From: a virus
Reading direction: 5' to 3' (one strand)
Virus record (IMG/VR): IMGVR_UViG_3300020185_004014
Coordinates: 2,620-66,619 of that record
Length of the DNA: 64,000 bases
In this document: positions 1 to 9,900 of the stretch, piece after piece
Numbering within the stretch: the stretch's first letter is position 1
How the letters are laid out: every line of letters begins with the position of its first letter
Position numbers and translations under genes: made by a program
The notes under the pieces: model-generated
Database searches by the model: none
The model's input: only the letters and a program-made list of their open reading frames with translations
Told to the model about the DNA's origin: nothing

Positions 1-114
1 CAAAATTGTTTTGGTATTGGAGCTAAGGTACCAACTACAACAAGTGATATAATAAAAATACAAGGTTATGGTATAAGAGGAGTAAGTTTTAGGGGAATAT
101 ATGAAATAGTATAA
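1..114 (+). CDS. 3' end of truncated virion-associated protein, probable paralogue of the next two ORFs
   Basis: Frame 1 open to TAA 112-114 (QNCFGIG...VSFRGIYEIV); C-terminus resembles FIRGTYLLL and KISGIYYTI of the next ORFs. Confidence 0.6.
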   Translation, partial: QNCFGIGAKVPTTTSDIIKIQGYGIRGVSFRGIYEIV

Positions 115-115
115 A

Positions 116-673
116 GTGAGCATATTTAATAACATAAAACTAACTTCTCCTCTTATTAGAGTAGGTAGTACAGAGAATATACCCCCCTTAGACTCAGGGT
201 CCCTAGAACAAGTAGCTACTATGGCCCCTATCATGGGGAGTTTCCGGGCTACTTTAAAAGGTGATGCTGGAGGGGTATATATTCCTTTAAAAATAACCCC
301 CCCTAGAACTACTAATAGTTATTATCCTGCTACATATCCTTATAATACTATACGATTAAAAGGAATAGCTCTTAAAGAACAAACTCCTAACATAGCAACA
401 GTTACAACAGGGTTTGATGTCTGGACTAATATAAGTAATCCTTTTATTGCAAATACAATTGAAGTCCCAACTACATCCACAGACACAATCCAATTCCCCA
501 TAGTAGGAGCAAATGATACCTTCCCCCTTCAGTCAGGAGCTACTTTTACAGATAACTCCCCTTATAATCAAATATTAGTATCCTGGAATGGGGATGGTTT
601 AAGGTTAGATTTTCAACAATCCCTCCAAACAAATGAACCTTATTTTATAAGAGGCACATATTTATTACTATAA
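116..673 (+). CDS. hypothetical virion-associated protein (beta-rich)
   Basis: 185-aa ORF, GTG start, coupled to next ORF by TAATG, in structural region. Confidence 0.6.
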   Translation: MSIFNNIKLTSPLIRVGSTENIPPLDSGSLEQVATMAPIMGSFRATLKGDAGGVYIPLKITPPRTTNSYYPATYPYNTIRLKGIALKEQTPNIATVTTGFDVWTNISNPFIANTIEVPTTSTDTIQFPIVGANDTFPLQSGATFTDNSPYNQILVSWNGDGLRLDFQQSLQTNEPYFIRGTYLLL

Positions 674-1167
674 TGATAGGTTTAAACAAATTACAACTTT
701 TTTCACCACCTTTAAATATTTCTTCTGAAGGTAAAGATTTTTATGCTCCTCTCGTAAGATCTTTTGGATCATTCTATTCCCCCTCCCAAATCCCACCAGA
801 GGGAGGTTATGAAACTTTTGAGTATTTAAGTGTAGATTTAAATATAAATAGCGAAAATAATGATACCAGTTACATATATAGAGGAGTATACATTGAAGGA
901 ATAATTAACCCTATTCTCCCCCAATCCCCTTATCGGAATCTTCCTTTTTTCCATTATGTCCTATATACATGGGACGGAAATGTACTTAACAATTTTGAAT
1001 TAATTGAAAATATTAACCCCTTTCTTGGTGAATCCCCCCTATCGGGAAATGGATTTACTGTAAATAATTCGTCCTTTTCATTAGATTTTAATATTGATCT
1101 TTCTTGGGTCTCCACTCCCCAAGACGATCCTCTATTTAAAATATCAGGAATATATTATACAATTTAA
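673..1167 (+). CDS. hypothetical virion-associated protein, probable paralogue of 116..673
   Basis: N-terminus NKLQLFSPPL vs NNIKLTSPL; shared xIxGxY C-terminus. Confidence 0.6.
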   Translation: MIGLNKLQLFSPPLNISSEGKDFYAPLVRSFGSFYSPSQIPPEGGYETFEYLSVDLNINSENNDTSYIYRGVYIEGIINPILPQSPYRNLPFFHYVLYTWDGNVLNNFELIENINPFLGESPLSGNGFTVNNSSFSLDFNIDLSWVSTPQDDPLFKISGIYYTI

Positions 1168-1181
1168 AAAATACACTAGTT

Positions 1182-2618
1182 ATGCCTACATTCGGAACAA
1201 TAGCATCAATCATAGCAAGCTCAGGTTCAATACCCACTTCATCATTTCAAATTTTACCTTTCTATGTAGCCGATCCTTCATATGGATTAGGAAGCACTTC
1301 TTCTATTGCTGCTAGTATAAATGCTAATATACTTACTCAAAGCAGTGCAGGGGTATCAGCAGAAATGACTTTTAACCTTTCTTCACCCCAAACTTCTAAC
1401 ACATCAGGAACCCCCATACTAATACTATCCGCTACAGGAAGCGTAAACGAACCTAGAGTAGGCATAGGAATCGCAGCTAGTGATGCTTTATATAGCCTGT
1501 TAGATATAAGATCCCCTACAGGTTCAGTTCCTGCTTCTATCATTCTTAGAACTAATGAAGATGGGATAATCGAAGTAGGGGAAGAAACAGGTAGAATCAC
1601 GTTTGCCATAGAATCTTCATCCTATTTAAATACCGGATTTATAGCGAGTGGTTCAACAGCTGCTATATATTCTAGAGTAATAGGCAGCTCTCCTCAAGGA
1701 ACTTATGGATCTTTAATTTTTGAGGTTAATGATGCCAGTAATATTACTTCTCCTACTAAAGCTGTAGAAATAGGATATGGTTTAGGTGCTTCTAGTACTG
1801 AAGTAGGAATTCATATGTCTGGAACTTTAGAACTTGGAAGTACTTTTCCTTATTTGAGTATTGTAGAATCTAGCACATCTAACCAAGTAGTTTATTTAGG
1901 AACAACTACTAGTCCAGGTGCTCCCTTTGACCAAGGTGAACTTTTTATAAAAGATGGAGGAACTACAACTATTAGATTGGATAGTAATGGAGATTCTTAT
2001 ATAAACACAGGAAATAATTTCTCAATAGGAACTACAACTGCAACAGAAAAACTAACAGTAGATGGTAATATAAGTGTTACAGGAACTGTAGATGGAGTAG
2101 ATGTATCTACTTTAAAAAGTGATTTTGACACTTTAGAGGGAAAAACTCTAGTTTCAAGCTCAGCCCAAATTAGTGTTAATGAATTAGATGGTCAGTATAT
2201 AGAGTATCTTACTCGTGATTCGGTTTATACTAATAATTCCTATGAAGGTGAAATACTTAAGTTTGGAGCTGGTTCCTCTATGTCTTTTGGTCAGCTTAGA
2301 TATATGACCGCCGCAGGCTCCCCCCTTGCCGCACGATGGGCTAATACCGATGCCGATGCAGAGTCAACAACTGCTGGTATGCTAGGTATTGCATTAGGAA
2401 CAAGTGCTACTACGGATGGTTTCCTCTTAAAAGGGGTTATTTCATTTGCAAATAGCTTTGATCCAGGAGATACACTTTATGTGAGTCTAACAGCTGGAGA
2501 AATAACGAATGATATTAGTTCTTACACTACAGGCGACATAGTTCGCATAGTAGGGCATGCTATGAGTACAGGTCTAATTTATTTCAATCCTTCACCTGAT
2601 TATATAGAATTAAGTTAA
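1182..2618 (+). CDS. virion fibre/decoration protein
   Basis: S/T/G-rich; fibre motif IGTTTATEKLTVDGNISV; C-terminal GMLGIALG...GDTLYVS...GDIVRIVG module seen in phage structural proteins. Confidence 0.65.
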   Translation: MPTFGTIASIIASSGSIPTSSFQILPFYVADPSYGLGSTSSIAASINANILTQSSAGVSAEMTFNLSSPQTSNTSGTPILILSATGSVNEPRVGIGIAASDALYSLLDIRSPTGSVPASIILRTNEDGIIEVGEETGRITFAIESSSYLNTGFIASGSTAAIYSRVIGSSPQGTYGSLIFEVNDASNITSPTKAVEIGYGLGASSTEVGIHMSGTLELGSTFPYLSIVESSTSNQVVYLGTTTSPGAPFDQGELFIKDGGTTTIRLDSNGDSYINTGNNFSIGTTTATEKLTVDGNISVTGTVDGVDVSTLKSDFDTLEGKTLVSSSAQISVNELDGQYIEYLTRDSVYTNNSYEGEILKFGAGSSMSFGQLRYMTAAGSPLAARWANTDADAESTTAGMLGIALGTSATTDGFLLKGVISFANSFDPGDTLYVSLTAGEITNDISSYTTGDIVRIVGHAMSTGLIYFNPSPDYIELS

Positions 2619-2619
2619 T

Positions 2620-3591
2620 ATGGCTATAGCTAATAAAATAAACAATATCTCAATTTCAACTATGTCTAAACTGCAAGGGGTATCCCTGGCAAGCATAGGA
2701 AAAATTACAGGTATTAATAGAACATCAAACCAACCTTCTATCATCACAACTAATCTAGTACAACATTTAGATGCTGGTGATTCTAATAGTTATAGTGGTA
2801 CTGGTACTACATGGTTTGACCTAACTTCAAATAATGTAGATGGTATTTTTAGAGGGTCCCCCACCTATAGTTCTACTGAGGGAGGTGGTTCTTTTTATTT
2901 TGATGGTGTTGATGATGCTATAAAATTTGATTATGATGATGCCGCCCCTATTCGTATTGGAGAAGAGTCTGGGGAGGTTGATTGTATTACATCCCCCAAT
3001 AGTTGTACAAGAACATATGGTAACCTCTCTTCTTATGGAGGTATAACTTTTCAAGCATGGGTTAGGACAGCAGGCACTGGACATTTTAGATTTTTCAATA
3101 ATAACATGTCTGTTACTACTTCAGAGGCAACAAGTAACAGGTATAAGTATTACCAAGGAGTAAACCTAGTAATAGCGTCGGACGGTAGGGTAATTTGCCA
3201 CCTCATGGATGGTAACGGAGGAAACTCTGGTGCTGATAGAAGAGGCAAGAGATCGTTAGCTTCAGGATTTTCTAGCTACCTAGGATCTTGGGCAAATGTA
3301 GCCTATGTAATACCTGGTGATACAGTAACGGACATCTCAAACATAAAAATTTATGTTCAGGGTATAGAAGTATCAACATACGGGACTGATAATGGATCCG
3401 GATCGGGTTTAGGATATAGGGCTAAATTCTCCACTAGCCAGGGGAGTGATTATCATGGAGGACTTATGCTCTCAGCAGGCAACTTTGCTAATGGTTATAT
3501 GGCCCAAACTTTAATGTATAACGACACTTTAACAGACGCTGAGGTCTTACAAAATTTTAACGCAACAAAAACAAGATATGGTTATTCCTGA
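2620..3591 (+). CDS. LamG/concanavalin A-like domain virion protein
   Basis: LVQHLDAGDSNSYSGTGTTWFDL, FYFDGVDD and YNDTLTDAEVLQNFNATKTRYG are typical of phage LamG proteins. Confidence 0.85.
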   Translation: MAIANKINNISISTMSKLQGVSLASIGKITGINRTSNQPSIITTNLVQHLDAGDSNSYSGTGTTWFDLTSNNVDGIFRGSPTYSSTEGGGSFYFDGVDDAIKFDYDDAAPIRIGEESGEVDCITSPNSCTRTYGNLSSYGGITFQAWVRTAGTGHFRFFNNNMSVTTSEATSNRYKYYQGVNLVIASDGRVICHLMDGNGGNSGADRRGKRSLASGFSSYLGSWANVAYVIPGDTVTDISNIKIYVQGIEVSTYGTDNGSGSGLGYRAKFSTSQGSDYHGGLMLSAGNFANGYMAQTLMYNDTLTDAEVLQNFNATKTRYGYS

Positions 3592-3838
3592 CGATTCTCG
3601 ACGATATGTAATTATTAGGACTGCAGATAAATCAAACGTTAATTTTACTGAAGTTTTAGAAGATGAAAACTACTTACGATATTCTCTTGATGGGGTTTAC
3701 TTCATTGTAAAGTTTGAAGGAAACACTCCCCCCAGTATATTAGCTTTATCCCCAACCGAATACACTTATGGAGAAATACAATCCCTTTTAGAAGGACCAA
3801 ATTGGAAACCTGACGAAGAAGGAGGACTTATTGATTAA
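3578..3838 (+). CDS. hypothetical protein of a type often found next to LamG genes
   Basis: 86 aa; VNFTEVLE...LRYSLDG...VKFEG pattern. Confidence 0.65.
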   Translation: MVIPDDSRRYVIIRTADKSNVNFTEVLEDENYLRYSLDGVYFIVKFEGNTPPSILALSPTEYTYGEIQSLLEGPNWKPDEEGGLID

Positions 3839-3861
3839 ATTTGTTTTTTTAAATTAAAATT

Positions 3862-4149
3862 ATGGCTACAAAAACACCTTTTAATTGGGATAATGCAAAC
3901 TTTATATGGAGTCAAAATCCTTATACTTGGGATGATGTTGCTTTAGTTAAAGAAGTAGTAAGTGCTGGTTCTTCCTACCAAGAAGTTTTTAAAGATAAAA
4001 AAAAGAAAGAAAAGTTTATTAAACTCATCTGCAAAGTTGAAGGCACCGAATATAAAGAAACCAAAAAGATTAAGAAAAGGCAAATACGTATAACGGACAT
4101 ATCCCTAGTTGCTAAAGAAGTATTAGGCATTGACATAAAAATAGAATAA
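3862..4149 (+). CDS. hypothetical protein
   Basis: 95-aa ORF with A-rich start context; W-repeat N-terminus, basic C-terminus. Confidence 0.65.
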   Translation: MATKTPFNWDNANFIWSQNPYTWDDVALVKEVVSAGSSYQEVFKDKKKKEKFIKLICKVEGTEYKETKKIKKRQIRITDISLVAKEVLGIDIKIE

Positions 4150-4151
4150 TA

Positions 4152-4733
4152 ATGTATAAACTATTTACAGATAAAACTGAACTCTTTGAGTGTAATATAA
4201 AATTAGAAGGTGCCTCTTTAAAAAAAAGCCATGCTCGTTTATTAATTGAGTCTGAATCTGAAGATATAGCTTTAGTATTTAAAGGAACCATCACAACAGA
4301 TGGCAAATGTAAAATCCCAGTAAAAAAACTAAAGGGTCTTCTTCCTGAAAATACGGGGGGTAATATAAAATTAGAGGTAATAGCAGAAGATACATATTTT
4401 ACTCCTTGGGAATCCAAATTTACTGTAGATGCAGCTAGGAAAATTACTGTGGAAGTAAAATCTCAACAAGCTGAAAATATTATAATGGAGGAATCATCTC
4501 CCAAAGTCTCTGTAAGTAATATTAACGAAAGCGTGTCTATTTACGAAAGGGAACATATCGTTAAACTACTACGTCTATTAATAAAGGAAGATATTAATCT
4601 TAATAACCTTTCTGTAAAAAAAGATAGACTTAATAATTTAATAGGAACTTACCTCCAAGAAAATAGCATTGATAAAAAACAAAATAAAAATATTATCGAA
4701 GGCTTACTTAAAGGGTTATCTAAAATAAAGTAA
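4152..4733 (+). CDS. hypothetical protein (structural module)
   Basis: 193-aa ORF tightly packed between neighbours. Confidence 0.65.
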   Translation: MYKLFTDKTELFECNIKLEGASLKKSHARLLIESESEDIALVFKGTITTDGKCKIPVKKLKGLLPENTGGNIKLEVIAEDTYFTPWESKFTVDAARKITVEVKSQQAENIIMEESSPKVSVSNINESVSIYEREHIVKLLRLLIKEDINLNNLSVKKDRLNNLIGTYLQENSIDKKQNKNIIEGLLKGLSKIK

Positions 4734-4734
4734 T

Positions 4735-6675
4735 ATGGCTGGACCCTTTGACTTTAAAGGTCAAAAAATACAAGATACCTATGGTAGAGTAGTACAAATA
4801 GCTACTGGCAGTCTTTACGATGGTAAAGGTACACTTATTAATGCTAATATACAAGCAATAGCAGATGCGTCAGATCAACGTCAATCTGAATCTATCGAGC
4901 TGTCTGCTATATCTTCGAGTGTAGTTGAATTACAACACTTTAGTTCATCGTTAGACGCTAATTTTGCTACGGACGCTGAACTATCAGCACTGTCATCATC
5001 TATTTTAGTAACTACTAATAATTTAGCTGATGATATAGATGAAAATGAAGAAGAACTTGATAACCAAGGTGCAAGAATAGCAACATTAACAGCAGCAACT
5101 TCTTCTTATGTAACTTTTCCATATACAGGAAGTGCTATAATTACTGGTAGCTTAATACTAACAGGAAGTATATTTGCTGAAACAACAGCTGGATCCCAAA
5201 CCTTAGTAATAAAATCTGCAGATGCTAGTATAAATAATAATGCTAGTGTGTATATTGGTAATACTACTAACCCCACAGTTAGAAATGTTGCAATTGGTTA
5301 CATCAATTCCCCTAGATATGATAGTGTTCAAATAGGTGGTAGAAATGTAGGTGGGGGAATAGGTGGTGTAGCTATAGGAGATAGTGCTGCTAGTAATAAT
5401 AGTACTTATTCTACAATAGCAATTGGAGGTAGTGCAAATAGATTTTCAAATGGCGATATTGGTATAGGTCAAAGTGCATTATATAATGATGGTAATGTTT
5501 ATGGGAGTGCAGGAACCATAGCAATTGGTCACAACTCAGGAAATGGACAAGATGGTACCCAAAATGTTATACTAGGCTCCCAAGCTGCTAGAAATTCTTT
5601 AGGAATTAATAGCATTTTTGTAGGTTACCACTCAGGCAGATATAATATAGGTAGCAACAGTGTTATTTTAGGACATAGTGCTGGTTATAATGTTACTGGC
5701 TCAAATAATGTACTACTAGGCTACCAAGCCGGCTACAATCTTACAGGTTCAAACCAACTCATAATTGCTAACAATAGCTCATCTGCTCTCATAACAGGTG
5801 ACTTTGAAAATAATACCTTAGACATTTCAGGCTCTTCAACCATCATTGGTTCAGGGAATAATCCTTTAAATACAATCTTTTCAGTAAAAAATCCTTTTAG
5901 TTCTCAAACTAATTTATTTAATATAGGAGAAAAAGGTGATATTGCTTTTCAAGGAGGTCCCTTTAGTAATAGATTTATAAGTTCAATATACCCTGAAATG
6001 AGACTATGGGGTGGTCAGGGTACTATAGGATTTGATGGAGGTAGTTTCCTTTTAAGAGCAGGAAAAAGATTTGCTATTCAACATCACCCCGGTTATACCG
6101 AAGGTATTAGGTTTGGAACATTTGGTGGTAGCTATTATGCTGGTTTTTACAATCAAAAATTAGGCATTGGAACCTCATCCCCAAGTGAAAAGCTTACAGT
6201 AAACGGAAACATCAGTGCAAGTGGTAACTTTATAACAGATTCCCACATTACAGCTTCAGGTTCAGTTAGCGCCTCAACATACTATGGCGACGGCTCTAAT
6301 CTCACAGGTATCTCAACTACCCCTTTCCCTTACATAGGAAGTGCTGTAATAACAGGCTCTCTTACAGTATCCGGATCTGTAGTTGACTTCACCTCAGCAT
6401 CAACAGTTAATCTAAATATAGATTCTTTACCTCTAATAAATCCTATAGTAGAGTATTTAGATGTTACCTCTAGTATTGCTAGTGGTACAACTCTAACTTT
6501 ACCTAATAACCTTTCATATATTTCTTCGTCAACATATGAATATATTGAAATATTTATGAACGGACTAAGAATAAGGTATGATAGAGATTTTGTTCCTATG
6601 TCTAATACCACAATACAAACCCAAATCACTTTCCCTTCAGGAAGTGAGTTAACATTTAAATCCCTAAAAAGATGA
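4735..6675 (+). CDS. tail-fibre-like protein with YadA-like beta-roll repeats
   Basis: FPYTGSAIITGSL repeats, (V/A)AIG and NVxLG repeats, IGTSSPSEKLTVNGNISASG. Confidence 0.8.
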   Translation: MAGPFDFKGQKIQDTYGRVVQIATGSLYDGKGTLINANIQAIADASDQRQSESIELSAISSSVVELQHFSSSLDANFATDAELSALSSSILVTTNNLADDIDENEEELDNQGARIATLTAATSSYVTFPYTGSAIITGSLILTGSIFAETTAGSQTLVIKSADASINNNASVYIGNTTNPTVRNVAIGYINSPRYDSVQIGGRNVGGGIGGVAIGDSAASNNSTYSTIAIGGSANRFSNGDIGIGQSALYNDGNVYGSAGTIAIGHNSGNGQDGTQNVILGSQAARNSLGINSIFVGYHSGRYNIGSNSVILGHSAGYNVTGSNNVLLGYQAGYNLTGSNQLIIANNSSSALITGDFENNTLDISGSSTIIGSGNNPLNTIFSVKNPFSSQTNLFNIGEKGDIAFQGGPFSNRFISSIYPEMRLWGGQGTIGFDGGSFLLRAGKRFAIQHHPGYTEGIRFGTFGGSYYAGFYNQKLGIGTSSPSEKLTVNGNISASGNFITDSHITASGSVSASTYYGDGSNLTGISTTPFPYIGSAVITGSLTVSGSVVDFTSASTVNLNIDSLPLINPIVEYLDVTSSIASGTTLTLPNNLSYISSSTYEYIEIFMNGLRIRYDRDFVPMSNTTIQTQITFPSGSELTFKSLKR

Positions 6676-6971
6676 GTCACGTACCACATGTCCCCTTACT
6701 AGATCTTTTGTCTGAAAATATAATGTTTTTATATGGTTCACTCCATCAAAGTGATATTACATACGATCTTGAAAATGGCTTAATGACATTAAATGGAGCA
6801 AGTATATCTTACGATGAAAGTACTATAGATAATAATATAGAAACTATAAATAATTTAATACAAGAATATAAAAATGAAAATGAAGAAGAACATATTAATA
6901 TAATTACTATGTTAGATGACATACAAAAAGTTTTATTAGACGCTAAAGATAGACTTTCATGGCTACAATAA
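6672..6971 (+). CDS. hypothetical acidic protein
   Basis: 99 aa, overlaps both neighbours. Confidence 0.55.
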   Translation: MSHVPHVPLLDLLSENIMFLYGSLHQSDITYDLENGLMTLNGASISYDESTIDNNIETINNLIQEYKNENEEEHINIITMLDDIQKVLLDAKDRLSWLQ

Positions 6972-9900
6972 GATCAGTATTTTCCCCAGGAACAACATTT
7001 AATGTTTTAGATCCTAATGCTTGGGTTGGAGGAGTAGTCCCTGGTCCTAATGACATAGCCCAAATTGGGGAAAATGGAGATTATAGAGCATCCATTCATA
7101 CGGACAGATCTCCTTATAGCACCTATGCTCCTCCTTTTTCAGGTTCTACTATAGTAAAAAACCAAGGAAGTGTTATTTTCCCTTGGGAAGGAAATGATGT
7201 TACTATTCCTGTTAATTCAAACGCTTATAATTTTAATAATGAGTATCAATGGCCCAATACTAATGGGAGTTTTTTAATATACCCCAGGCAAAATACTCCT
7301 GATTTAAGGTTTCCTATTAAAATAGATTATATAAGTAAATCTATAGATAATACTTACACTTTTCAATCCTGCAGTATTGATAGAACTTATAGTAATTGGG
7401 TATATAAAACTGGGTCTGATGATTTATATGATGCAGATCTAGATGAAAAAGGATACCCTAAAGAAATATATACTGTTGTAAGATATAATGATTATGTGTA
7501 TCCACTTCATACTAAATTTGAGTTAACAGGTTCTGATACTTGGCACGTAGGCCAAATTGAAACCTTAGAAAGATGCCATTTTACCCTAAAAGATAATGCC
7601 ACTTTAAAATTAGATGGCTCTACTGTAAACCCTAATGCTATTTACAACAATTCGGACTCTTATAACAATGAGATTAGGATTTTAAATAACGCTACTTTAG
7701 AATTAACTGGTAGTACCCAAAGAACCAATGCTGGCTTTTATTTTTATAATAGGGGAAACTCTTTTAACTTAATCCAAATCTCAGGAAGTGATTTAAACCC
7801 TGTTACTACTTTATCCCAATCCGCTAATGCTGGAGATAGTGTAATAACATTAACTAATACTTCAAGTATAGGAGAGGGGAGTATAATAAGTATCGATAAC
7901 TTTAAAGAACCTCCTCCTAAGTACAGTGCCCCTGTATGGGATGATTCCCACAACCCCTATGGGTATCAGGGCCCCATAACTTACCCCACTGGTTCTTTAT
8001 TTTCTTGGAGAAATGCTGCAAGAGGAGGCATAAATGTAGTTGAAGGTCTTACAGATAAGACAAACGAAGTTGTTCAAGTCATATCCCAATCAGACCACGA
8101 TTATACTATTGCTAAGTTATTTGGTAAAGAAGGTAAAATACAAGAAGATTTAGGAACTTATACTTATGAACAATTTGTTCAAACTTTTAGTGGAAGTTTA
8201 CCTATTCCTTATGAAGGAAGCAAAAGAGCAGTATTAATAGATTCTTTACATAAAGACTTCCAACCTGGAGAAAAACTAATAATAAGTAGATCTAAAGTAG
8301 TGGATATTCTCTACCAGGACTATTATTTATCAGAATCTTTATTTCTAGATTTTACTAATGGAGCAACCACAGAATCAATACATGTATCTCCCTATTCAGG
8401 ATATACGGGGTCAATTGTAGATGTTACTACAAATGGTAATTATCACCTTTATTATGAAAATTATTTTAGGGCATCTCAACATTGGGTTACTACCCCCCGG
8501 ACAGGTTCGGATGGAGTAACTGTTACTTCTTCTCTTCATATAGAACAAGGGGCTGAAAATTTCCCTTACCAAACCAATAACCCCGACTACCAGTATTCAT
8601 ATTTTTTACTCCCTAACACTTATTTTCATGAAGGGGAAATAACTATAAACTATGACAGAAACCAAAATTTAAATGGGCAATGTAGAACCCAAGCAAGACT
8701 TTATTGTATTTTAGGTCATGGCCATAGATCTAATGGTTTATACCCCAACCAGGGTAGTGTATATAGTAGTACACAACTATATAATTTTGGTAATCAAGAT
8801 AGATACAATTATATTGGAGGAAGATTAGACCAAGGTTCTTCAACATTAATAGGGATGAGAACCTCAAGTTCATTAGGGTTCCCGGGACTTATGTTTCCTA
8901 ATGCCACAGATGATTATGGAAGAAATTCTCAAGATGGTTACAAACAGGGGAAATTTACTTTTAAAGTAGATATTAAAAAAGGTCTAGCCAGTGGGTCTTT
9001 TAATGGTCAGCCTACTAGTGTACAACACAATGTTCAAGTTGATAGACAACCTATTTTATTTCATGCTCGTAGCTCAATTAATATATTTGATATTAGAGTA
9101 AAAGAATATTATCAACTAGTTTTATTGGATACTGAAGAATCTTTTGATTATAAAGATGAAGTACTAGAAGGAGCACGATTAGAATATAACCAAACAGCAG
9201 GAAAACGTGTAAGAGCAAGTGGTAATAGGATAAAAGATCCTTTAGGTTATAGAAATCTAACTCGTGATATAAAACAAAACGGTAAAGAAGCTACCATATT
9301 ACCTTATATGCATAGTTGTACCACCACAGTGGCACAAGATGGAAATTATAATAGTTTTTACAATTTTGCTAGTAGCCAAACCCACGGTGGAGAATTAATA
9401 GACCATTATCTTCCTATATATGATTATGGTCCTTATCGATATGAAAAAACTGGAACGGGGTTTTATGTGATCTATGATTTACAAACTGAAGTCTCTATGT
9501 CTGCTTTAGCATTTAAAAGTTATTATGACTATAACTATGAATACACAGAAATGGCTGGAGAGCCTGTAGGAATAGAAGTTTCTAATGATTTAGAAAATTG
9601 GACAACTGTATATGCTCCTACTAATGACCCTCGTTATACCACAAGAGGGGGGCAACTTAGATTTTATGATTTTACTAGTGGTAGCATTTCTGCTCGCTTT
9701 GTTAAATTTTCTAAAAATGGATCTTCTCGCACTACTAGAAACATTATTAGCTACTTAGGTTTATATAATTTCTACGATGAAAACAATCAGGATATGGGTA
9801 ATACCATAGAATTATACAATGCTGATATGTTTGAAGTAGGAGATAGAATATTTTTTCACGAAGCTAAACAACCATATCATGGAGCCGCTCGTTTTAACTA

